From an uncultured Gammaproteobacteria bacterium (GTDB lineage: Bacteria > Patescibacteriota > Patescibacteriia > UBA9934 > CAZDDW01): a DNA stretch of 52,728 bases. This document shows positions 18,980 to 27,704 of the stretch, in pieces. The position numbers and the translations under genes are program-made. The stretch lies in the NCBI GenBank assembly GCA_964504365.1, contig CAZDDW010000007.1:1-52728 (forward strand), given 5' to 3'. Under the pieces are notes generated by a model that did not search any database, had not been told where the DNA came from, and was given only the letters and a program-made list of their open reading frames with translations. How positions within the stretch are numbered: the first letter of the stretch is position 1; the number at the start of each line of letters is the position of its first letter.

Positions 18980-20716
18980 TTAGCCATGTTGTTCAAGGTA
19001 TTTTATATAACAAGGTTTGCACAGGAATTTTCTTTCTGTAAATTCGATGTTCTTAGCAACCATGATTTCTTTATTACACTCTGAACACTCGGCTGAAGAA
19101 AATGAAAAGCCGTTGGAACCAAAATGCATATCCAGAATGCGTTGGATGAAATGATTATCAGGCGGGAAAAAGTTGTGCTTTTTGTAAAACAAGAGTTCAG
19201 GTTTCAGAAAAGCAAACGGCCGACCCAGTCGATCGTCATAAATCGGCTTCCCTGCCCACTGATCAACATCAACATCATTTATGTCATCCGGAATCTGATC
19301 TGTGCTCACTGGCTCTACTTCAGGCTGCACACCTAAGGCGCCATCGTCCTTAGGATTAAACTTCTTGGCATTTAACTTATCAATAAGATCATCATCACCA
19401 TGCATGAAAACCCTGGCCGCGCTATCTGGCACATAACCATAACTCCATTTTGATGGCAAAAACTCTCCGTATGTTCCCTGCTCAAGCATCTTAGATTTTA
19501 TTTGATCAAGAAGCTGATAATACTCATCAGGCTCATATTCTTTGTTAAAAATATGATAGCGCTTGTGTTTCAACCCTACACACCCAAAACAATCCTCACA
19601 GTTGGAACAAGTGGTGCAGTACTCAAGATTTTGACTGTTCGAACAAGTAATTGAAAATTTAACGTTGTGACAATTAATGCTCGTGATCACATAATAGACG
19701 TCAGAAGAGCCGACCACGCCATGGGCACAATAACTATTTTCGGACCCGGTGTGAAACAAGAAAGAAGACTCATCGCAGCCAATAGCATTGCGGGCAAAAA
19801 AGCAACGCTTGCAGTTGGTTGAGTCAGACAAATATTCACCGCTGCAATTTTCTACATGTTCATTAAAGTTCTCCGGCCATACCGTGTCATTGATCATCAA
19901 CTGATGGAACTTATCTTTCATCTCTTTGAAAACAGAACGCTTTGATAAAGATACCTCGGAACGACGCTTTTTATATTCTTCCTCAGAAAGCTGTTCGTTG
20001 AACCACAAATACTTTTTGTTGCGCTTGTTGGTCGCCCCAAAACAGTGTTCACAGTTTCGACAGTCGAAGACAAAAGCACAGTCAATACAATCCGAACTCT
20101 CACGAACGAATACACCGTTGTGAATGTTAGAACTATGAACAACCTTCAGACAATTACTGGCACTGTGCACATGAAGGCACTCGGAACAGCTTTCAATATC
20201 TGTTGATGTTGTACTAAAGAAAGAATTTCGTGACTTGCTTCCCAAAACAAAATAGCTATCTATGTCTCCCAAAGAAGTGATAGCGATTGATCGCTCAGGC
20301 ACAGTGGTATTGCGCTGAGCAGGAAACGGGGTGTCTAAGAACAACTGATATAGTTGCTCAGCGATCGGCTGATCAAAATTGACGTCACGTCCTTGAGAAG
20401 ACAGATCTAGATCGTACCACTCTTTGTCTGGTAAAACCTTGTATCCGGTAGAGGGATGGATGTGCGACAGAATCGGCTTTCCGGTTTCAGGATGTTTGTT
20501 CCACCACCACTGACAACCTGAACCCCAACAAAAACATAAGCAAGCACGAGTGTATGGCATCATCTTGGATGGTGGGACATTGAATTTGTGATACCAATCA
20601 ATTTCGTTTTGATCCATCACCCACTTCTCTCCAGTCAACGCACAGGTCCGCTCACCCGGTTGAACAGCATCAAGGACTTCTTTAATTTTCGCATCGTAGT
20701 TTGGAGTTTTAGCCAT
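18980..20716 (-). CDS. Cys-rich repeat / zinc-ribbon protein, array copy 3
   Basis: Array motifs; 8-nt ATGGCTAA overlap with the upstream copy. Confidence 0.9.
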   Translation of the reverse strand: MAKTPNYDAKIKEVLDAVQPGERTCALTGEKWVMDQNEIDWYHKFNVPPSKMMPYTRACLCFCWGSGCQWWWNKHPETGKPILSHIHPSTGYKVLPDKEWYDLDLSSQGRDVNFDQPIAEQLYQLFLDTPFPAQRNTTVPERSIAITSLGDIDSYFVLGSKSRNSFFSTTSTDIESCSECLHVHSASNCLKVVHSSNIHNGVFVRESSDCIDCAFVFDCRNCEHCFGATNKRNKKYLWFNEQLSEEEYKKRRSEVSLSKRSVFKEMKDKFHQLMINDTVWPENFNEHVENCSGEYLSDSTNCKRCFFARNAIGCDESSFLFHTGSENSYCAHGVVGSSDVYYVITSINCHNVKFSITCSNSQNLEYCTTCSNCEDCFGCVGLKHKRYHIFNKEYEPDEYYQLLDQIKSKMLEQGTYGEFLPSKWSYGYVPDSAARVFMHGDDDLIDKLNAKKFNPKDDGALGVQPEVEPVSTDQIPDDINDVDVDQWAGKPIYDDRLGRPFAFLKPELLFYKKHNFFPPDNHFIQRILDMHFGSNGFSFSSAECSECNKEIMVAKNIEFTERKFLCKPCYIKYLEQHG

Positions 20717-22442
20717 ACTTTTCTAAATATTCTAGATAACACTTTCGACAATATACTTTCTTGTCTGGATAAGTTGCGTTCTTTGCCACAGTCGCAGCCG
20801 CACCACATGAACCACACTCTTTCTTTTCAAACACAGCGGAATTCTGTTCCAAAAATAAATCAAACACGCGTTTAATAAAATGTTCAGTCGGTACTGGAAC
20901 TTTTTTCTTGCGATAAAAATCAAGTTCAGGTTTCAAATAACTAAACCGTCGGCCCATGGCTTCATCAAGCAACGGAACATTGACCCAATCCTCGTCACTC
21001 ATATCAGAGATACAATCAGGAACCTCGCTAGTCTTACGCAAAGCTGACTCATCAATATCACCAATCGCTCCCTCAGCCTCAGGATCAAATTCCGGTGCAC
21101 CAAACTTCCCTGCTTCATCCTGTGCCATGTAAATAATCAAACCATTGTCCGGCCAATAACTGTAGAACGAGGATGCTGGGAAGAACTGCCCGTATTCACC
21201 TCGCTCCAGCATGGCACATTTAATTTCATCAACTCGCTGCCAATATTCTTCCTCTTCGTACTGCTTGTTAAAGATACAGAACTTTTTATGACGCAGTCCC
21301 AAACATCCAAAACAATTTTCACATTCATACAAGAACGAACTGTATTCAACATTTTGACAAGAAAAAACATTCCAGGAAAACTTAGTGTTTACACATCGCT
21401 CGGCAATGTTGTCTAAATAACAGTTATTCGAACCATATAAACCTCCACAGTAAGCTGAGCTGTGTGTTTCTCCGGCTAGATATGTAACTTGATGCAGGTC
21501 CTGGAAATTTCCATCAGTCCCAGCAAAAACATATTTACAGTTATTAGCGTTGACCATGTATTCACCAAGAGTATTCTGACACTTTTCATTAAAGTTCTCT
21601 GGCCAGACAGTGTTATTCTTCATTAGCTCGACAAACTGATCTTGATATTTCTTTAACGAAGTTCGACAAGAGTAATCTACTTCGGCCCGACGTTTGTGCC
21701 ATTCTGATTCTGTTAACTGTTCGTTAAACCATAGAAATTTTCTGTGACGCTTGTTAGTTGCGCCAAAACAGTTCTCACAGTTGCGACAGTCAAAAAGAAA
21801 AGCAGAATCAAGACAATCATAACAACCGTGAATGAAATCACAGTTGTGAATACGGTGCGATTGCAAAACATGATATGAATCAACCACCTTGCTCCCAGCC
21901 GAAACTTCGGCTGAGCGCTCTAGGTCCATGCCATCAGTACAGTAAAGGCTGTTACGTGATCGAGAGGCCATCATGAAATAACTATCAATGTCTCCGAAAG
22001 AACCCATGGCAATCGAGTTTTCTGGTTTGACAGCGTACCGGCTGGCTGGCAACGGAACCTTGAGTTGCAGACCTTTGAACTGATCAAAAAACGGTTTGTC
22101 AGAATCATATTCAATCGAAGTCCCGAGATAGTCATTTGCAAACCACTCCGAATCAGGCAGGGTAGGAATCTTAGTAACCGGATGAACAAACGAAACAAAC
22201 TGCTTGCCGGTGTCTGGGTGCTTGTGGTACCAAAACTGATACATCTCAAAAAAACCAACCAACTGTTTCATTCTAGTTAGTGGCGACCAGGTGTGCGGCG
22301 GGACGTTGAACTTTTTGTACCAACCAATCTCTTCCTCACCCATCACCCACTTCTCACCAGTCAACGCACAAGTCCGCTCGCCTGGTTCAAGGGCGTCGAG
22401 AATCTCTTTGACTTTTGCGTCGTACTTCGGAGTATTAGCCAT
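20709..22442 (-). CDS. Cys-rich repeat / zinc-ribbon protein, array copy 2
   Basis: Array motifs; 8-nt ATGGCTAA overlap with the upstream copy. Confidence 0.9.
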   Translation of the reverse strand: MANTPKYDAKVKEILDALEPGERTCALTGEKWVMGEEEIGWYKKFNVPPHTWSPLTRMKQLVGFFEMYQFWYHKHPDTGKQFVSFVHPVTKIPTLPDSEWFANDYLGTSIEYDSDKPFFDQFKGLQLKVPLPASRYAVKPENSIAMGSFGDIDSYFMMASRSRNSLYCTDGMDLERSAEVSAGSKVVDSYHVLQSHRIHNCDFIHGCYDCLDSAFLFDCRNCENCFGATNKRHRKFLWFNEQLTESEWHKRRAEVDYSCRTSLKKYQDQFVELMKNNTVWPENFNEKCQNTLGEYMVNANNCKYVFAGTDGNFQDLHQVTYLAGETHSSAYCGGLYGSNNCYLDNIAERCVNTKFSWNVFSCQNVEYSSFLYECENCFGCLGLRHKKFCIFNKQYEEEEYWQRVDEIKCAMLERGEYGQFFPASSFYSYWPDNGLIIYMAQDEAGKFGAPEFDPEAEGAIGDIDESALRKTSEVPDCISDMSDEDWVNVPLLDEAMGRRFSYLKPELDFYRKKKVPVPTEHFIKRVFDLFLEQNSAVFEKKECGSCGAAATVAKNATYPDKKVYCRKCYLEYLEKYG

Positions 22443-24165
22443 ATTGTTCTAAGTATTTAAGATAGCATTCATAGCAATAAATTTTACGATCTGGGAAAGC
22501 GCGGTTTTCGTTTACCGTTATCTTCTTCTGACAAACAGCACATTCCGCAGGAATACGGCACGCATTATTAACTTGATTAACCAACTCTTTCATTCGCGCG
22601 CGATAATGCTCTTTAGGAAACGGATAACCTTTTTCTTTCCGATGCTTTAATTCTTGTGCACTAACATTATATTGCCGTTCCTCAGCCACATCTTCAAATT
22701 GAACCCCAACCCACTCATCACCAACATCTTGAATACAATCAGGGGCATCTTTTGGATCTCGTTTTTGTGCGTCATTTGTATATGGTGCGTAACGCATGGC
22801 ACGTTTCGGATCGAACTTAGCCACATCCATGCGATCCAATTCTTCTCGAGTAAACGGAGAAGTCAAAGACGCAAAAGAGATCTCTGGTGGCTGTGTACCC
22901 AAATAAGATGGGAACCATTCACCATACTCACCGCGATCCAGCATCGCACACTTCAATTCATCAACCCTTGGCCAATATTCTTCTTCAGAGTATTGCTTAT
23001 TAAAAATACAAAAACGTTTTTTCTTTAATCCAACACATCCAAAACAGTCTGTACAATCAGTAGTTCGAATACAGTATTCAATGCCAGAACATCGGCTGGG
23101 AACATAACTGAATTTAACATCCTGACTAGCCAAGGAAACACAACTTAAATAAACATCTTGCGAATCATTCCCAATAACAACTGACTCACAGTTTCGTGAA
23201 TTAAACATAAACCAAGCATCATGCACATCGGTTGTATCCGTATTAAAATATCCACTAGAACGAGTACAGTCTAAGAGATAATCGCCTTCACACTCAGAGG
23301 TGTTGGTACTAAAATACTCTGGCCAGATGGCTTGATCATGCAAGATCTTATGAAATTTTTCTTTATACTTCTGTAAGGTTGAGTTACATGACAAATCAAT
23401 TTCAGACATTCTTTTTTGATATTCTTCTTTAGTCAACTGCTCATTCATAAAAACATATCTCTTTCGTCGCAGATTTGTTGAACAGAAGCAAAACTCACAA
23501 TTACGACAGTCAAACAAAAACTCAGAATTCATACAGTCTATACTATCGAATACCTGTGTACACCTGTTCAAACGAACAGACATACAAGAAGAAAATGTGT
23601 TTTCGCAATTTTCTAAAAAAGCCACATCTGTGCAGCGATCAACTTGTTTACAGCGAAAAGTAAACCATGAATCTTTGGCCTGATAAGTTCCGCACACCAC
23701 AAAACTATTAATACATTTACTAAAACCGTTTCCGATACAGCCCTCAGAATCATAAGCAAAAAAAGCGCCCACAGGAACATTCTTGATTAACTCTTCTTGC
23801 TGCTTAAAAAATGATTTACTGAAATCATAATCCATTGCTGCCTCATCTCCATAGTCCCGAGCCGCAAACTCAAGATCACCCACAACCTGAACAAGTGAAT
23901 CAGGATTAATACAAGATAAAATCGGTTTTTTGGTCTCAAAATGCGGCTTCCACCATAAATCAACTCCAGAGCCCCAAGTTGCCAAAACCCTCATACGAGT
24001 AAATGGACTAAGTTTACTTGGTGGCACACGCCATTTACGACAGCGGTCAATATAAGCCTGGTCCAACTCCCATGTCTCTCCTGAAATCGGACAAACCCTC
24101 TCGCCGGGTTCGAGGGTGTCGAGGATTTCCTTTACCTTAGCATCGTATTTGGGTGTTTTTGACAT
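22435..24165 (-). CDS. Cys-rich repeat / zinc-ribbon protein, array copy 1
   Basis: Start set at the conserved MSKTPKYD (24165). Confidence 0.9.
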   Translation of the reverse strand: MSKTPKYDAKVKEILDTLEPGERVCPISGETWELDQAYIDRCRKWRVPPSKLSPFTRMRVLATWGSGVDLWWKPHFETKKPILSCINPDSLVQVVGDLEFAARDYGDEAAMDYDFSKSFFKQQEELIKNVPVGAFFAYDSEGCIGNGFSKCINSFVVCGTYQAKDSWFTFRCKQVDRCTDVAFLENCENTFSSCMSVRLNRCTQVFDSIDCMNSEFLFDCRNCEFCFCSTNLRRKRYVFMNEQLTKEEYQKRMSEIDLSCNSTLQKYKEKFHKILHDQAIWPEYFSTNTSECEGDYLLDCTRSSGYFNTDTTDVHDAWFMFNSRNCESVVIGNDSQDVYLSCVSLASQDVKFSYVPSRCSGIEYCIRTTDCTDCFGCVGLKKKRFCIFNKQYSEEEYWPRVDELKCAMLDRGEYGEWFPSYLGTQPPEISFASLTSPFTREELDRMDVAKFDPKRAMRYAPYTNDAQKRDPKDAPDCIQDVGDEWVGVQFEDVAEERQYNVSAQELKHRKEKGYPFPKEHYRARMKELVNQVNNACRIPAECAVCQKKITVNENRAFPDRKIYCYECYLKYLEQYG

Positions 24166-24174
24166 ATGTTGTAT

Positions 24175-24229
24175 GGGAATGACACACTTCAGTGTGTCAT
24201 TGGGTGACAGACTAAAGCCTGTCATTCCC
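24175..24229. repeat. Divergent REP doublet
   Basis: GGGAAT-GACACAC-TTCA-GTGTGTC..GACAGAC-TAAA-GCCTGTC-ATTCCC. Confidence 0.75.
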
Positions 24230-24296
24230 CACTTAAAATAGACGGATAATTGCCCGTCTATATTAACACTTTAAGCTTATGTTGTCGAAACTTAAT

Positions 24297-24325
24297 TTGA
24301 CACCCTTACGGGTGTCGGTCCCTAC
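24297..24325 (-). repeat. GTAG-type single REP overlapping the ATPase stop codon
   Basis: Minus strand GTAG-GGACC-GACACCC-GTAA-GGGTGTC. Confidence 0.8.
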
Positions 24326-25740
24326 ACAATAACCTCAGATTCCTCAATCTTTTCCACCTTTTCCTCTTCCATATCCCCTGCCTCAATTGTCTTTTCAACC
24401 ACATCCTTTGGCCGAGCATACAACTGACGAATATTCTCAACAACCTTTTCCGTGTACGGCGGATGCTTTGGTGCAGTCACGGTTAAAACGTCTGCAGAGA
24501 ACGGATCCCAGCGTTTGCCATCGATAGTCATCTTAACGTAAATCTCTCGCTCTGCCAGGTTGATCATGTCTGATACTTCAAAGACTGGTTTCATTTCCTG
24601 TTCCATAATCGCTGCGTCTTCTGCAGAAATCTGGAAAACGATCATTGAGGCCACGTTTCCAAACAAAGCTGACCGCAAAGTTGGTGACAATTGCGACAGG
24701 TTCTGGTTAGCAACAGTCAAAGCAATGGCAAACTTTCGCGCCTCAGCCAAAATATTTTCAAAAGTCTTGGTAGCAATGTTTTGAAACTCGTCAACGTACA
24801 AGTAAAACGGTGTGCGCTCATCGCTTGGCAAGCGAATGCGTTGCATGGCTGCTTGATAAATCTTTGTAATCAACACAGCTCCAAAGAAAGCTGACTTATC
24901 ATCTCCAATTCGCCCTTTAGACAAGTTAACCAAGAAAATCTTTTCGTTCTGCATGATGTCAAAAAAATCGATCTTGTTGTCTTGCTGGCCAAAGATATTA
25001 CGCATCAGCGGATCAGATAGTAGCTGTCCGAGTTTATTCAACAAAGGCGATACTGCTTCTGCATCATAACGCTGTGACCATTCTGGAAACTCAATTGCCC
25101 AAAAACGGCGCACCACAGGATCCTTAATATGCTCAATCACCTTTCCACGATAAGGCCCACTAGATAACAAAGAGACCATGCCGTTCAACGTACCCTTAGG
25201 ATAATCAATCATGGCCAAGGTTGAAAAACGAAGCAAGTGTTCGATACGCGGTGTCCAATCAGAAGCAAACTGCTTTTTGAAAATCTCAATCATCGAATCC
25301 GTAACCATATGCTTGTCTTCTTCAGCAACATTAGCGATCGGATTAAATGAGATTGGAAAGTCTCGATCAGCAGGATCGATCAGCACCACATCCTCAATAC
25401 GATTCTCTGGCAAAAAATCCAAGATGTCCTGAATCAAATCTCCGTGAGGATCAATTACTCCTAGCCCGTGGTCAAAAAAGATGTCGGCCCGAATAAAGTG
25501 CTCAAGCAGCTTGGTCTTACCAACTCCACTTTTCCCAATAACATACAAGTGACGCCGACGATCACGGCGCTTAATACCAAAAACGTAACGCTTAGTTGAA
25601 AAACCAGAGCTATAATTCGAACGACCAAAAAGTGACAGATCCTCAGGCGGAACGTCTTCTTTGGTTGGAATTGTATCAGGTGGTTCGTGACGTCGAGCTA
25701 CAAATGTTTCTAGCTCGCCACCACCGTACATGTCGGACAT
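24322..25740 (-). CDS. VirD4/TraD-like (HerA/FtsK superfamily) ATPase
   Basis: DRRRHLYVIGKSGVGKT Walker A, IDPHGD, LYVDEFQN Walker B, EARKF, ANQ; start moved to ATG 25740. Confidence 0.9.
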   Translation of the reverse strand: MSDMYGGGELETFVARRHEPPDTIPTKEDVPPEDLSLFGRSNYSSGFSTKRYVFGIKRRDRRRHLYVIGKSGVGKTKLLEHFIRADIFFDHGLGVIDPHGDLIQDILDFLPENRIEDVVLIDPADRDFPISFNPIANVAEEDKHMVTDSMIEIFKKQFASDWTPRIEHLLRFSTLAMIDYPKGTLNGMVSLLSSGPYRGKVIEHIKDPVVRRFWAIEFPEWSQRYDAEAVSPLLNKLGQLLSDPLMRNIFGQQDNKIDFFDIMQNEKIFLVNLSKGRIGDDKSAFFGAVLITKIYQAAMQRIRLPSDERTPFYLYVDEFQNIATKTFENILAEARKFAIALTVANQNLSQLSPTLRSALFGNVASMIVFQISAEDAAIMEQEMKPVFEVSDMINLAEREIYVKMTIDGKRWDPFSADVLTVTAPKHPPYTEKVVENIRQLYARPKDVVEKTIEAGDMEEEKVEKIEESEVIV

Positions 25741-25746
25741 ATTATG

Positions 25747-25861
25747 GAAATGACCAATGATCAATAATCAATGACCGAGATAATAAACAATGATCTAATT
25801 TTCGAACATTGATTATTTGGTCATTATCTTGATCATTGTGATTTGGTTATTGGTTATTTTA
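25747..25861. repeat. Inverted array of degenerate heptamers (AATGACC / GGTCATT type)
   Basis: AATGACC-AATGATC-AATAATC-AATGACC on the left and complementary heptamers on the right form a long imperfect palindrome between the ATPases. Confidence 0.7.
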
Positions 25862-25865
25862 TTTC

Positions 25866-27701
25866 TTACCAAGGGAATACCCCGTCGCCTCCAGATGGTT
25901 TCGCTGGTGTTTGACCACCACCTCCGCCACCACCTCCACCTGGTTTTTTCCTACGTCGACGACGCTTCTTTTTTGGAGCTGAACCATCGCCTGCTGGTTG
26001 TGATTCGTTTCCCTTCTTCTCCGGCTTCTTTTCTTCAGGCTTTTTCTCTTCTGTTTTCTTTGGTTCTTCTTTTTTAACTTCTTTCTTTTTTTCTTTTTCC
26101 TCCCCACCAGCCAAAGCACTTAACCCAACTTCTTTACCAGTATCCTTAGCCACAACCTCACCTTCAGTTACCTTTGGCGCACTCTTTTTAGCAGGTGGCC
26201 TACTCTTCTTACCACTCTTTCGCTCTTCACGCACTATCTCAATACAGTCCTCACAATAAACCGGGCGGTTGCGATCAAGTTCAACCGGGATCGACATGTG
26301 CTTATTACAACGTGTGCAATCATAATCAAACAGTGGCTTACTATATGCTTTTTTCTTTGGCGGAGCTTTTTCTGGCATTCCAGCAACCTCGCCTTCAACG
26401 GTTGGTTTAGATTCACTCCAGCGTAGAATTGTTTCCTCGACTTGTGCTCTTGGTGTGCCAAAGCTAGCACGAGAGGCTTCAATCACCTTTTCAGCATTGC
26501 CTGTTTCGGCTGCGATTGGCGGCAAAGTTACTGCAGAAAATGCCTCTGAAGTAATCCCATCAATCATCAGTTTCAAATAGATATTAAACTTTGGTAAGTT
26601 AACCAGGTCCTCCTCAGTAAAGCGCGGGGCAAACTCAGTTACCAGCTTCAAGGCATCTGTTGCACCAACTCGGAAAGCCAGAATTGAACCAACGTTACCA
26701 AAAACAGCTGCAGCAACATCCTCGTCCAACTGTTCAATATACTGGTGAGCCATCATTAGGTTTAAACGATACTTTCTGGCCTCAGACAAAATATTTGCAA
26801 AAGATTCTGTGGCAAAGTTTTGAAACTCATCAATAAACAAATAAAAATCTTGTCGATCTTCTTCTGGCATGTCCACACGTTCCATAACTGAAAGCTGTAG
26901 TTTGGAAATCAATAGCCCACCAATCAAACGCGATGAATCTTCACCAATACGTCCTTTTGACAAATTCATGATCAAAATCTTGCGTTCATCCATGATCTCG
27001 CGCGGATTGATTGTTGATTTCACCTGACCAACAATATTACGAACTAAAGAGGTCGACAAAAACTGTCCAACTTTGTTTTGAATCGGAGCAATCGCCTCTG
27101 AACGAAATTTATCTTGCCATTGTTCATACTCAGTAATCCAAAACGACTTAACCACTGGATCCTTAATATTACTAATAACCTTGCGTCTAAAATCTCGATC
27201 AACTAACAAGCGGTTAATTCCAAGCAAAGTATTTCCCGGATTCTCAACCAAAGACAGAATACAGTTATTCATAATGTGCTCCATTCGAGCACTCCAAACG
27301 TCCGGCCAGATCTTTTTAAACACGGCCATCAACCCAGCAGCAATCAAGTGACGGCGGTCAGGATTAAGTGTTTCAAAAACATTAAAACCAAGCGGATGAT
27401 CAACATCAGCTGGGTTAAAGTAAATCACGTCATTAATACGATGATCTGGAATATAATCAAGAACCTTTTCAGCTGAGTCCCCGTGCGGATCAACAATGGC
27501 CACACCGTGTCCAAGATAAATATCAGACAAAATTAAGTTCTCCAGCAAGGTCGTTTTACCAACACCGGTCTTTCCAATCAGATACATGTGCCGACGCCGA
27601 TCATCGGTCTTGATTCCAAACTTACGCAAAGAATTACGGAAATTTGTTCGCGCAAAAAAGATTTTGTCGTCTTCGTGGTCGTGATTATATGGCTCTGGCA
27701 T
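25866..27701 (-). CDS. VirD4/TraD-like ATPase with C-terminal CxxC-x17-CxxC zinc ribbon and Lys-rich tail
   Basis: GKTGVGKT, FIDEFQN, EARKY; CTRC-x17-CEDC. Confidence 0.92.
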   Translation of the reverse strand: MPEPYNHDHEDDKIFFARTNFRNSLRKFGIKTDDRRRHMYLIGKTGVGKTTLLENLILSDIYLGHGVAIVDPHGDSAEKVLDYIPDHRINDVIYFNPADVDHPLGFNVFETLNPDRRHLIAAGLMAVFKKIWPDVWSARMEHIMNNCILSLVENPGNTLLGINRLLVDRDFRRKVISNIKDPVVKSFWITEYEQWQDKFRSEAIAPIQNKVGQFLSTSLVRNIVGQVKSTINPREIMDERKILIMNLSKGRIGEDSSRLIGGLLISKLQLSVMERVDMPEEDRQDFYLFIDEFQNFATESFANILSEARKYRLNLMMAHQYIEQLDEDVAAAVFGNVGSILAFRVGATDALKLVTEFAPRFTEEDLVNLPKFNIYLKLMIDGITSEAFSAVTLPPIAAETGNAEKVIEASRASFGTPRAQVEETILRWSESKPTVEGEVAGMPEKAPPKKKAYSKPLFDYDCTRCNKHMSIPVELDRNRPVYCEDCIEIVREERKSGKKSRPPAKKSAPKVTEGEVVAKDTGKEVGLSALAGGEEKEKKKEVKKEEPKKTEEKKPEEKKPEKKGNESQPAGDGSAPKKKRRRRRKKPGGGGGGGGGQTPAKPSGGDGVFPW

Positions 27702-27704
27702 AAG

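Noticed and set aside
11787-24165. Diversity-generating retroelement target array
   Set aside because: No reverse transcriptase in the window, and no template/variable repeat pair differing only at adenines was seen.
10864-24325. Repeats as a CRISPR array or integron attC sites
   Set aside because: They are separated by whole genes, vary in sequence, and lack the RYYYAAC/GTTRRRY ends; no cas or intI gene is in the window.
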